Of a stretch of 64,000 bases of DNA, positions 49,971 to 64,000 are shown piece after piece. Source of the stretch: Octopus vulgaris. Taxonomy: Eukaryota. The stretch's first letter is position 1. The number at the start of each line of letters is the position of its first letter. The position numbers were made by a program, and so were the translations under genes. The notes under the pieces are model-generated. The model searched no databases, had not been told where the DNA came from, and saw nothing but the letters and a program-made list of their open reading frames with translations. The stretch lies in the NCBI GenBank assembly GCA_951406725.2, contig OX597838.1, positions 17,980,001 through 18,044,000 on the forward strand, given 5' to 3'.

Positions 49971-50262
49971 GACTCGTGTAATATAGTGAGTTAAAATTTC
50001 GATTAGTAGCGGTTATGTAACAACTCATTCCTGTTAAAGTAGTTTATAAAACGGTATTGTCTAATCACAGTTAACAGAGTTCATAGTTAAACAATTTACA
50101 ACACTTCATGAAACAACCACATTTAATTCAGTAACCATATTTAATTAATTAAATTAATTTAAACCAGTACATCACTGGTAGAAGACCAGTTATTTAAATA
50201 AAAACACGACATGTCCTAGTGAGATTAATTCTGATGGCAAGCAAGAGAAAATAAGAAAGTAC

Positions 50263-51510
<1,248 letters not shown>

Positions 51511-52384
51511 AGAATATCTCACTCAACAAAGAATATTATATATATCCACATAACTTTCCTTTATTATATAATTTTCTTTCAATCCTTCTTTGTTTTGCCA
51601 AGAGTCTCAATATGTTGCCTTACTTTTCAACACTATTATTCCAACGAAAGGTTTTATATTTAGATAACAAACGACGGTTTGTTCTATAGTCTGCTATATC
51701 ATTCTGATATCACTTCAATATTTATTTACTGCTATCATTTACTCATGAAAATCGATAGAATATGTTTTCCTGGAAACCAAATTACATCTTAACAAAACAT
51801 TAACTAATTTCTTTCGTAGTTTTACCTTTTCGCTTTTACTCGTAAGTTTCTTTTAATTTCTTCGGCAAATTTTACTTTTCAGATTCCATCAGATTTCCTC
51901 CTGCCTACCATTCTTCAGCGATCTTTCATCAGTTCTCCTGATATCGCCATCGTAGCATTTCACCTCCTCTCTAATCAGTGCATCGTCTGAACATCTAAAC
52001 ATTGCATCTATTGACATCACTGTTTCTTGATTTATCGCTTCCATACACTACCTATCCGTTTACACACTTTAATTGCCGTAAAACTTCCACCCGTTTTCTT
52101 GTACTTTTCTTATGAATCTCTTAAACTTTTCACACCTCTGGCCTCTGTTAAATAAATAATTTTTCATCACTTATTTGTCTTCTTGACAGGAGATTCACTC
52201 CCACTACTCTCTAAACGGTTCCTTCCCGCACCTCAAGATCTCCCATTCGCAAAATAAACAACGTTCACCACGTACCCGACCCTAGCGATTGCTTTACAAT
52301 TTACAGCTTTTGAGTTGAATAGGTTCACATTTAACCAAAATATCCATTCGAGCTTTAATCTTATTTGAAAACTTTGATTTACAT

Positions 52385-52795
52385 AGGCGCAGGAGTGGCT
52401 GTGTGGTAAGTAGCTTGCTAACCAACCACATGGTTTCGGGTTCAGTCCCACTGCGTGGCATCTTGGGCAAGTGTCTTCTGCTATAGCCCCGGGCCGACCA
52501 ATGCCCTGTGAGTGGATTTGGTAGACGGAAACTGAAAGAAGCCTGTCGTATATATGTATATATATATATATATGTACGTGTGTGTATATGTTTGTGTGTC
52601 TGTGTTTGTCCCCCTAGCATTGCCTGACAACCGATGCTGGTGTGTTTACGTCCCCGTCACTTAGCGGTTCGGCAAAAGAGACCGATAGAATAAGTACTGG
52701 GCTTACAAAGAATAAGTTCCGGGGTCGACTAAAGGCGGTGCTCCAGCATGGCCGCAGTCAAATGATTGAAACAAGTAAAAGAGTAGAAGAGTAAA
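52385..52795 (+). mobile_element. SINE family A
   Basis: Family A consensus. Confidence 0.9.
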
Positions 52796-52942
52796 GAGAG
52801 TGGCTACTTTCCAAACTGTTTCTATCCAAGAAAGAAACGATTACAATTAGCTTAAAGCTGCGGTTTTCAACCCTTTTTTTTCTTCTTCTGGACCCTTTCA
52901 TTCCTCTCTGCTGGACCTCCATAGCCATTCGCTATATGTATT

Positions 52943-53355
52943 TGGCGAGCTGGCAGAAACGTTAGCACGCCGGGCGACCTGCGTATCCGTATTTCGTCTG
53001 TCGTTACGTTCCGAGTTCAAATTCCGTCGAGGTCGACTTTGCCTTTCATCCTTTCGGGGTCGATAAATTAAGTACCAGTTACGCACTGGGGTCGATGTAA
53101 TCGACTTAATCCCTTTGTCTATCCTTGTTTGTCCTCTCTGTGTTTAACCCCTTGTGGGTAGTAAAGAAATAGGTATTTCGTCTGCCGCTACGTTCTGAGT
53201 TCAAATTCCGTCGAGGTCGACTTTGCCTTTCATCCTTTCGGGGTCGATAAATTAAGTACCAGTTACGCACTGGGGTCGATGTAATCGACTTAATCCCTTT
53301 GTCTGTCCTTGTTTGTCCCCTCTGTGTTTAGCCCCTTGTGGGTAGTAAAGAAATA
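52943..53355 (+). mobile_element. SINE family B dimer
   Basis: Junction AAGAAATAGGTATTTCG near 53164. Confidence 0.9.
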
Positions 53356-53957
53356 TATATGCTTTTGGTAATTTCTGGTGAGGAGGCTTTGGTCTTGTGC
53401 GGCAATTAAAAATCCTTCAGTCTCTCTGCTTTGAGTCAATGAACTTCCGGATGGAAGAACGGTGAAGTGAACCCCAGAGCTTGAGGACTTGGAATACCTC
53501 AAGGCCTTTCTATCCGAGACACTCTAACAACTCTGCCAACTCGCCAACACGCCTTTAGGCAAGGAACCTGCTCTTTCTTCATTGATGAAAAATTCTAAAA
53601 AAGAATAAAAAAGAACAGAAAAACATACATACATACATACATACATACATACATACATACATACATAGATACATACATACATACATACATACAAAAGCTG
53701 ATCGCATCTTTCCGTGTGAAAGAGGTCAGCAGTTGTTACATCAGCCAAAGCCGAATTGTGTTTAGTAAAACACAAAGGCCAGCTCAATGGCATATTGGCC
53801 ACTTGACCAATAAGTGCAATTTGTCCTTTGACCTTCTTACAAATCGCCGGACACTTGAGATAAAGAGCCGTAAGTAATTTCTCGAATGATTCACTTTCTA
53901 TATCCATGACGTCTTCTGTCTTTAACACCACTTTCAGTCTGTCTGTCTGGTTAGTTA

Positions 53958-54000
<43 letters not shown>

Positions 54001-54173
54001 CGGCATTTAGTCCTTAACTTTTTTTAAAACTACTACGCCCCACTTAAAAGCACAACACTACCTGAATCAGTTTGAGCGCACTGAATGGAAAGAGCTTGTT
54101 TGTTCACGTTGTGTTTGATGCTGTACTGATTCCACAACTTCACCGCTTTAACAACAACAACAACAACAACAGC

Positions 54174-54217
<44 letters not shown>

Positions 54218-55977
54218 CGACGACGACGACAACAACGACAACAACAACAACAACAACATAAACATAAACAACACTCATGATTGTTTCTCTGCGGGGATGA
54301 AATGCAGTGTACATACATACATACTTGCATACATACAGGCATACATGAATACATACATACACGCATGCATACATACATGCTTGCATACATACATGCTTGC
54401 ATACGTACATGCATGTATACATACATACATACATACATACATGTATACATGCATACGCACATATATACATATACACACATATATATATACATACATGCAT
54501 GCATACATACATACATACATACATGCATGCATACATACATACATACATACATGCATACTTACATGCATGCATACATGCATACATACATACATGCATACAT
54601 ACATGCATAGATACATACATGTATACATGCATACGCACATATATACATACATACGCACATACATACATGCATACATACACGCATACATACATACATGCAT
54701 ACATACATACATGTATACATGCATACGCACATATATACATACATACATACATACATATATACATACATACATACATGCAAAAGAGACCGGTAGAATACGT
54801 ACTAGGCTTACACAAAGAATAAAGTCCTGGGGTCGTTTTTTCTTTGACTAAAAAGGCGGTGCTCCAGTATCGCCGCAGTCAAATGACTGAAACAAGCAAA
54901 AGAATAAACGAATAGAAGGGACTTTATGGTTCTAATTAGAAGGGGACACTACCGGACCCTCGCCAGGCGACTACGAGGGCACATCAATAGTCGTGGATAG
55001 GAGTGCGCCCTGAATGCTCTTGCCACGGATCGAATACTATGGAAGTAAATTATTTCATTCTGGGGTCACATTCTGTCGCAGGCGGAGAAAGCGAGGAATG
55101 AAGAAGGAATCGTATTATAGAATACATGTGTGTGGAGTTACGAACTCAGTAACAGCGACTAAATTGTTATTTGATAAATGAATGACCGTCTGTTGGCTAT
55201 ATGATAACAGTAAGACCATAAATTACAGGCGCAGTGACTTGGAGAGAACAACTACGCATAATATAAGAGAATGCTGACCAGAGATAATGATCTGAAACTG
55301 AGAAAAGAAACTACGTGGGAAATCGATTGCCCAGCAGATGTCAACGTAATGTTTAAATTTAGTGATAAAGGAACAAACACTCCATAGCGAAGGCAAAAGA
55401 AATCTAAAATTATTTCGTTCGAATTATAGTGTAAGATTTTTATCAATAATTATTGGAGAACTTGCCTACGTGACTAACTGCCGTAGTACCACTTTTGGGA
55501 CGTTGGGTTTTTCACTGAAAAACACGCCTAATCAGAAGATTAGAACTATACAATCTATCAAAGATATTAACATGTAATAAGATACAGTGATATAATGCCT
55601 TGCGTGGGCACATATGTATATGCATACAAGTGTGCAGGAATACATACATTCAAGATTACCTTGCTGATGCTGTTTAGATTCTCATGAAAGAGCCTTGCTT
55701 TTAGGCAAGGAACCTGCTCTTTCTTCATTGATGAGAAATTCTAAAAAAGAATAAAAAAGAACAGGAAAATATACATACATACATACATACATACATACAT
55801 ACATACATACATACATACAAGCATACATACAAGCATATATACATGCATACATACATACAAGCATACATACATACATACATACATACACACACATACATAC
55901 ATACATACATACATACATACATACATACATACATACATGCATACATACATACATACATACATACATACATACATACA

Positions 55978-56009
<32 letters not shown>

Positions 56010-57037
56010 GGCGTAGGAGTGGCTGTGTGGTAAGTAGCTTGCTTACCAACCACATGGTTCCGGGTTCAGTTCCGCTGCGTGGCACCTTGGGCAAGTGTCT
56101 TCTAATATAGCCTCGGGCCGACCAAAGCCTTGTGAGTGGATTTGGTAGACGGAAACTGAAAGAAGCCCGTCGTATATATGTATATGTATGTATATGTGTG
56201 TGTGTGTGTTTGTGTCTGTCCTCCCAACATCGCTTCACAACCGATGCTGGTGTGTTTACGTCCCCGTAACTTAGCGGTTCAGAAAAAGAGACCGATAGAA
56301 TAAGTACTAGGCTTACAAAGAATAAGTCGACTAGCTCGACTAAAGGTGGTGCTCCAGCATGGCCACAGTCAAATGACTGAAACAAGTAAAAGAGTATACA
56401 TACATACATACAAATGTCTGAAAATACATACATAATACATATGTACACATATATTTTTGAAGCAACAAGATACATACCAACCTATCTGGAGCAAAGTATG
56501 GCTAAACTTGGGGTCTTGGGGAGAGAATGCAAATCCTTAATTCATATATTACAAATGGTCATGATATTTGGGATTATAAAAACATGCAAGGCCTTCTTAA
56601 GATTTAAGGGATGATGGTTAAGAGAAGACACTTTCCTTCAAACCTTGCTGTCAAGTAGGTGGCTGGTCAAGATTTACTCCAAAGTTAAAAAGAGAAAGAG
56701 AAGAACACCCATCCATCCATCCATCCATCCATCCATCCATCCATCCATCCATACATACATACATACATACATACATACATACATACATACATGCATACAT
56801 ACATGCATACATACATATGGGATTTGGTATAGAGAAGAGAAACTGTGTACAGTTGTGGAAATCAGCTACAAAACACAAATCTGCACATAAACATACATAC
56901 ATAATACATACATACATAATACATACATACATAATACATACATACATAATACATCCATACATACAAACATACTTACATACATAATACATACATACATAAT
57001 ACATACATACATAATACATACATACATACAAACATAC

Positions 57038-57068
<31 letters not shown>

Positions 57069-57555
57069 CATACATACATAATACATACATACATACATAA
57101 TACATACATACATACATAATACATACATACATAATACATACATACATACATACATACATACATACATACATACATACATACATACATACATACATACATA
57201 CATACATACGTACGTACGTACATACATACATACATACATACATAATACATACATACATACATACATACATACATACATACATACATACATACATACATAC
57301 GTACGTACGTACATACATACATACATACATACATACGTACGTACGTACATACAAAAATAACCAGGAACCTTGGATCTAGGTTAGAAACTCGCTCTTTCTG
57401 TATTGACAAAAAATCTTGAAATAAAACTGAAAAATGACATACATACATACATACATACATACATACATGCATACATACATGCATACATACATACATACAT
57501 ACATGAATGCATACATGCATACATACATACATACATGCATGCATGCATACATACA

Positions 57556-57586
<31 letters not shown>

Positions 57587-57645
57587 GTTGGTAAATGTCT
57601 GAGTGGAAATCTGGAAAAGTTAGGGAGTTTCAGACAAAAGCAGTG
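53356..57645. mobile_element. Cluster of R4/Dong-like LINE fragments and 3' ends within (TACA)n
   Basis: ETEGFLIAAQDQSLLTRNYQK (-); [35 protein letters not shown] and NLEKLG (+). Repeated tail TTTAGGCAAGGAACCTGCTCTTTC...(ATAC)n. Confidence 0.6.
56008..56395 (+). mobile_element. SINE family A inserted in (TACA)n
   Basis: Family A consensus. Confidence 0.9.
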
Positions 57646-58198
57646 ACCAAAGGTAACAGCGTACTTCACAGTCGATAAGTGGAAAAGTAAAAATATAACG
57701 ACATCTTTAAAATTCAACATGTAACATTTTACTGTTGCTGCCATCTTAATTCCAGTGTTGTAGCTTTGTTAGGACCCAGCTTTTTGTTTATAAGAATTCT
57801 TGATTAAAAAGAAGAAAAAAAAGACAACCTACATACACATGGCTGTCATATATATATATAACTGCAGGGGTGTCACCCACTTAACGCGACCATACGATTA
57901 ATGTTAAGACAAAAACTTAAGATTCGTAAGGGTGATAAGGAGGGTGTTGTGACAGATGAATAGTGGCAGCTTTTTTTGTTTACCTTCGTTTGTCACACTA
58001 ATTTTTGCACAAACTGCAATATGTCTCAACTTAGCAACCGTATTTAATTTCACATCAGCCTCTTCGTACGCAAACTCAAGCATACACGAGATAACGAGGG
58101 AACGTCCTTGTAGTCGCTCTATCTGGTAGAAATAGCTGCCAAATTTTCCTCAAATCAACATATTGCCACTATAAAAGACGAAAAGGTGAAAACAAAAT

Positions 58199-58366
58199 AC
58201 AGGAGTGGGTGTGTGGTAAGTAAGTAGCTTGTCTACCAACCACATGGTTCCGGGTTCAGTCCCACTGCGTGGCACCTTGGGCAAGTGTCTTCTACTATAG
58301 CCTCAGGCTGACCAAAGCCTTGTGAGTGGATTTGGTAGACGGAAACTGAAAGAAGACCCGGTCGTA

Positions 58367-58414
<48 letters not shown>

Positions 58415-58628
58415 TGTGTGTGTTTGTGTGTGTGTGTGTTTGTCCCCTAGCATTGCTTGACAACCGATGCTGGTGTGTTTATGTCCCCGTTACTTAGCGG
58501 TTCGGCAAAAGAGACCGATAGAATAAGTACTAGGCTTACAAAAGAATAAGTCCCGGGGTCGAATTACTCGATTAAAGGCGATGCTCCAGCATGGCCACAG
58601 TCGAATGACTGAAACAAGTAAAAAGAGT
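58199..58628 (+). mobile_element. SINE family A
   Basis: Family A consensus. A further 3' half lies at 58823-58980. Confidence 0.9.
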
Positions 58629-58976
58629 ATAATGTAGTGTGAATGCCTCTAAAATGCGAGACGGTCATAGCTGCAATCTCTGCCGATTGAAGAAGAGAAT
58701 TGGCGCAAAAGCATCTTCATGTTCCAGTTGCTTTACTGTTAGGGAAATGAAACTGGTCCTCCGTCAGTTTCGACGACGAGGATTCCAGTTGACCAACGGG
58801 AAATTAACATGCGCTTGACATGCGATGCTGGTGTGTTTACGTCCCCGTAACTTAGCGGTTCGGCAAAAGAGAACCGATAGAATAAGTACTAGGCCTTACA
58901 AAGAATAAGTCCCGAGGGGGGGGTCGATTTGCTCGACTAAAGGCGGTGCTCCAGCATGGCCGCAGTCAAATGACGG

Positions 58977-59050
<74 letters not shown>

Positions 59051-59647
59051 TGTGTAAAAGAGTATCACATTTAATTTTAAAGGGAGAAAGTTGTCATTTC
59101 CAAGTTTCGCTGCTTCTTTCGAAACACACGCGCCCGCGTGCACATAGGCATGCACACACACACTCACACACACACAAACATACACACACACACACACTCA
59201 CACACACACACACTCACACACACAAACACACACACACACTCACACACACACACACACACATACACACACACACACTCACACACACGTCCATTACAGTAAA
59301 AAAATGTACAAGTGTGCGCAGACGTCATCCAGTTAGCTGGGATGATCATCGTCGACACCACTTGAGGTCCAATTACTTTTCTCTTAACTTTTTCCCCAAT
59401 GATGAAGAAACACATTCACAGACAGCACGAAAGTCCCAACTTTTAAGGTAAGCAATACATTACAAAGAGAGAGAGAGAGCGAGAGCGAGGGAGAGGAAGA
59501 GGGAGATTGAGAGAAAGAGAGGGGGTGGGCAGGGCAGACAGACAGAAAAAAGGGGCTAGATGTTAAGAAGAGAGTGAGAGGAGGATGAGGAGAGATAGAG
59601 ATGGTAAGGGAAGAGGTCTGGCTGAGCAGCACTAAAGGAACTATTTA

Positions 59648-60225
59648 AAGGGTGTATGACAATGTAGATCAGTGTGAATATGTGTGTATGTGTGTGTGTG
59701 TATGTGTATGTGTAGATTTTAAAGGGTGTATGACGACGTAGATCAGTGTGAATATGTGTGTATGTGTGTGTATATGTGTGTATGTGTGTGTATGTGTGTG
59801 TATGTGTGTGTATGTGTATGTGTAGATTTTAAAGGGTGTATGACGACGTAGATCAGTGTGAAAATGTGTGTATGTGTGTGTATGTGTATATGTGTCTATG
59901 TGTGTGTATGTGTAGAGGTGTATGACGACGTAGATCAGTGTGAATATGTGTGTATATGTGTGTGTGTATGCGTGTGTGTGTGTATGTGTGTGTATGTGTG
60001 TGTGTATGTGTGTATGTGTATAAAGTGTGTATGATGACGTAGATCAGTGTGAATATGTGTGTATATATGTGTGTGTATGTGTATGTGTAGAGGTGTATGA
60101 CAACGTAGATCAGTGTGAATATGTGTGTATGTGTGTGTATGTGTATGTCTATGTGTATGTGTGTGTATGTGTAGATTTTAAAGGGTGTATGATGACGTAG
60201 ATCAGTGTGAATATGTGTGAATATG
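59648..60225 (+). repeat. Minisatellite: constant GTGTATGA(C/T)GACGTAGATCAGTGTGAATATG core with variable (TG/TA)n spacers, about 7 copies
   Basis: Core at about 59652, 59725, 59835, 59917, 60026, 60093 and 60185. Confidence 0.85.
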
Positions 60226-60256
60226 TGTGTATGTATCCGTATGTGCGTGTGCGTAT

Positions 60257-60287
<31 letters not shown>

Positions 60288-60565
60288 TGTGTAAAGGGTT
60301 TATGGTTAGCCGCCAGAAGCTGACTTAAGTCCGCCAATGTCACTATCAGCGCTTCTCGCGTGAAACACCACCACCATCACCACTACTACTACGACTATTG
60401 TGGTAATAGTAGTGGTGGGGGATGACGGAGTGGCTGCTGCTGCTGCTGCTGCTGCTTCACAAAAAGTAATAAAAAACAAAAAAACCCCGGGTGATGACAA
60501 ACATCTTGCGGGAAGACATTTAGCTGAGAGTAACAGGTTCACGTCACCGTCAGATAAACCATGTC

Positions 60566-60603
<38 letters not shown>

Positions 60604-61079
60604 TCTTCGTCTCTCCCCCGTCCATGTTCCTCTGCTCCTCTCTCTCTCCCTCTCTGTCCGTCCGTTTCTCACTCTCTCTGTGTCTCTCTCCCCCCCTCTC
60701 TCTGTGTCTCTCTCCCCCTTCTCTCTCTCTCTCACATCTTCGTCTCTCCTCCCTCCATATTCCTCTGCTCCTCTGTCTCTCTCTCCCTCTTTTTCCGTCC
60801 GTTTCTCACTCTCTGTCTCTGTCTCTCCCTCTGCGCGTCAGCTTAACAGTCTAATTGATAACATCTCTGCTCTGCCCTACCCTCGAGATTGTGTTTATTA
60901 CCATTCTGTGTGATATATCATTTATTAACATAGAACAACCGGGGGGAATGAAATATATAGCTGTTTATCACACTGTCACAGGTTGCTTCACATCATGTTA
61001 TTTAGTGGTGTTCATTCATTGCAGAGACTGTGATCAGATGGAAACAGAGTCATGATGCTGGGGTGTAACGACAAATGAG

Positions 61080-61139
<60 letters not shown>

Positions 61140-61155
61140 CAGAGATATAGATAAC

Positions 61156-61199
<44 letters not shown>

Positions 61200-61499
61200 G
61201 AGATAGATAGATAGATAGATAGAGAGATAGAGATAGAGAGTGACAGACAGATAGATAGATAGAGAGATAGAGAGAGAGAGAGAAAGAGAGAGAGAGTGAC
61301 AGACAGACAGACACAGAAATATAGATAGATAGATAGATAGAAAGAGAGAGAGAGAGAGAGAGATAGTGAGAGGGAGAGAGAGAGAACACTGGTATCGAAA
61401 CCGTGTTGCTATCTTTTAAAAGGGAAAGTTTAAAAACACGGTTATATTAAATACTGATTGATTCAACTGGTAATAAAACTTTTTGTTAACATTACAGCC

Positions 61500-62232
61500 G
61501 CGACAGCGTCGTCACCGCCGCCGGCACCGCCTGCACCAGCAGCAGCAGCAGCAGCAGCGCCACCACTACCACCACCATCATAACCATAACAACAACAACA
61601 ACAACACTACAGCTTCATCTAGAGTTAACTCCACCTTACATCCCACCACCACCACCACCACCACCAACACCACCACAAGCTGCATGTCTGGTAGAGATCG
61701 GCTGACCTGGGGCTAAACAACAAAAACAAAAACAAAAACAACAATAACAACAACAACGACAACAGCTGAACAAAAACAAACTTAAAAAACACAGCTGCAA
61801 ACGCCTCCAGCACCGCCATCACCTCCATCACCACCGTCATCACCACCGCCATCACCATCACCACCGTCATCACCACCACCACCACCGTCATCACCACCAT
61901 CACCACCACCACCACCGCCACCACCACCGCCATCACCACCACCACCATCACCACCACCACCACCGCCATCACCGCCGTCATCACCACCACCACCGTCGTC
62001 ACCATCACCGCCATCACCGCCATCGCCACCACCACCACCACCGCCACCACCATCACCATCACCGCCACCACCACCACCATCACCGCCACCACCACCACCA
62101 CCACCACCATCACCATCGCCGCCACCACCGCCGCCACCACCACCGCCATCACCATCGCCGCCACCACTATTGCCGTCACTTCTTCAACAGAAGTTTCGCA
62201 ATAGCGCAGCACACAGCACACACGCACACACA

Positions 62233-62299
<67 letters not shown>

Positions 62300-62965
62300 C
62301 CCAAACAATCGCACAACACCTTTACTTATCTTACATACGTATAAGCCATACACGCGCTACGTCACGAGAATACCACCGACACCGCTACCACACCACCACC
62401 ACCACCACCACCACCACCACCACCACCACCACACCACCACCCACACCACCACCACCACCACCACCACCACCACCACAGCGACGAATTCAACTTCCAAGCC
62501 ACCACCATCAACATCACATCAACTCCATCACGAACACACCGACACCAACAACACACCACCACCACCACACGACCGCCCAACACTGCAACACAAACCCCCA
62601 TGCCACCACCAACACCATCACCATCACCAACAAACACCACATCAACTCCATCACAAACACACCGACAACCAACAACACACCAGCGCCGCCACCACCACCA
62701 CAACTACTACCACCACCACCACACGACCGCACAACACTGCAACACAAACCCCCATGCCACCACCACCACCACCACCACCATCATCATCAGGATATACCTA
62801 TTTCTTTACTACCCATTAGGGGGGCTAAGCTAAACACAGCAGAGAGATCAGGGTAGGGTATACCGCCAGACAACCCCTAGCACCAAAAATCACTGTCACA
62901 ATCACCACCACCACCACCACCACCGCCGCCGTTGCAGCCGCTGCAGCCGCTGCCTCAGCCGTCGC
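61500..62965. repeat. Trinucleotide low-complexity region (CAC/CAG/CAA)n
   Basis: Direct inspection. Confidence 0.9.
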
Positions 62966-63177
62966 CGTCGCCACAGCTAAACAACAAGAGGACCATCGAC
63001 AGTCTTGTTGCAGCTACTCGTTGAGGGTGGTCACATTCAGTAAAGTTTCCTCTCTGGATTTTAATGAGAACCAGAGACAAACAACAGCCGAACGGTTTAT
63101 AAACAAACGGCAGAACTGCTCCTACGTTAACACAGTAGCAGCAGAAAGGGCTGCTGTTGCTTCTGCTGCTGCTGCTG

Positions 63178-63254
<77 letters not shown>

Positions 63255-63311
63255 ACTTGTCGAGGGAGCAGGCTGGACCTTTTTACAGCTGATGAACCTC
63301 CACGTCCCAAC

Positions 63312-63387
63312 ATGACCTCAGGCACCCGTGGTAAACATCCCGACTCCAGATTTGCTGTACTCGGAAAACCTGGAGTGGGCAAATCCG
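63312..63387 (+). CDS. First coding exon of a Ras-family small GTPase (RERG/RASL11/RASL12-like), MTSGTRGKHPDSRFAVLGKPGVGKS
   Basis: ATG in aacATG context. Beta-strand plus G1/P-loop GKPGVGKS, followed immediately by phase-1 donor G|GTAAGT. The rest of the gene lies beyond the window, so the subfamily is not determinable. Confidence 0.8.
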
Positions 63388-63407
63388 GTAAGTGGTATAC
63401 TATCTAC

Positions 63408-63478
<71 letters not shown>

Positions 63479-63673
63479 ACTGTCTGTTTTTGTGTGTCTA
63501 TGTTTGAGAGCAACGCTAACCGCGTCAATCATTCCTGTTTCGGAGGGCCGGCAAAGGCCATGGATACGGCTCATTTGTTTTCAGGACAAAACAATATTTA
63601 AAAAATCCATCCATCCATACATTTGATATCTATCTATCTACCTATCTATCTACATATCTACCTATCTACCTAC

Positions 63674-63759
<86 letters not shown>

Positions 63760-63885
63760 GTCTGTCTGTCTTTGCCATTAACAAACAAGCATTTCCATAC
63801 TGCATTTGTGACCCTACAACTATGCATATGAGTCCGTCTGCACATTAAATGTGTCTGTGTGTGTATACATACATACATACATACA

Positions 63886-63919
<34 letters not shown>

Positions 63920-64000
63920 CATACATACACATCCATGCATGTATATATATAGTTTGTGTATGTATGTATGTATGTATGTATGATGTGTCACCCTGTAGAA

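Noticed and set aside
59648-60225. CRISPR-like repeat-spacer array
   Set aside because: The spacers are just (TG/TA)n microsatellite of variable length.

Overview
Eukaryotic, AT-rich and extremely repeat-dense DNA. The mix of tRNA-derived SINEs, LINE debris and very long (CA)n/(TA)n/(TACA)n/(TATC)n tracts looks like a coleoid cephalopod (Octopus-like) genome; this is an inference, not verified. Two host genes can be read by hand. The first is the 3' part of a spliced + strand gene: five phase-compatible exons at <1-55, 1213-1295, 1983-2153, 6138-6430 and 8689-8898, encoding an unidentified helical protein with a KPKKK/poly-His tract. The second is the first coding exon of a Ras-family small GTPase (RERG/RASL-like, 63312-63387). 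The ~54 kb between them is transposon debris. It includes a nested island at 11.8-20.3 kb (two Tx1/L1-clade LINEs, a Gypsy LTR+PBS+gag piece, R4/Dong, RTE and hAT fragments), two mariner relics, piggyBac-, Merlin-, Tigger- and Helitron-like non-autonomous elements, Penelope-like fragments and dozens of copies of at least four SINE families. The most interesting signals are several minimal hammerhead-ribozyme motifs, 184-bp SINE concatemers with a fixed palindromic junction, an intronic minisatellite built of splice-acceptor look-alikes, long hairpins, R4-like fragments tied to (TACA)n, and a uORF whose stop overlaps the GTPase start codon. Nearly all long ORFs in the supplied track are microsatellite or SINE artefacts. 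Many TE boundaries are approximate.
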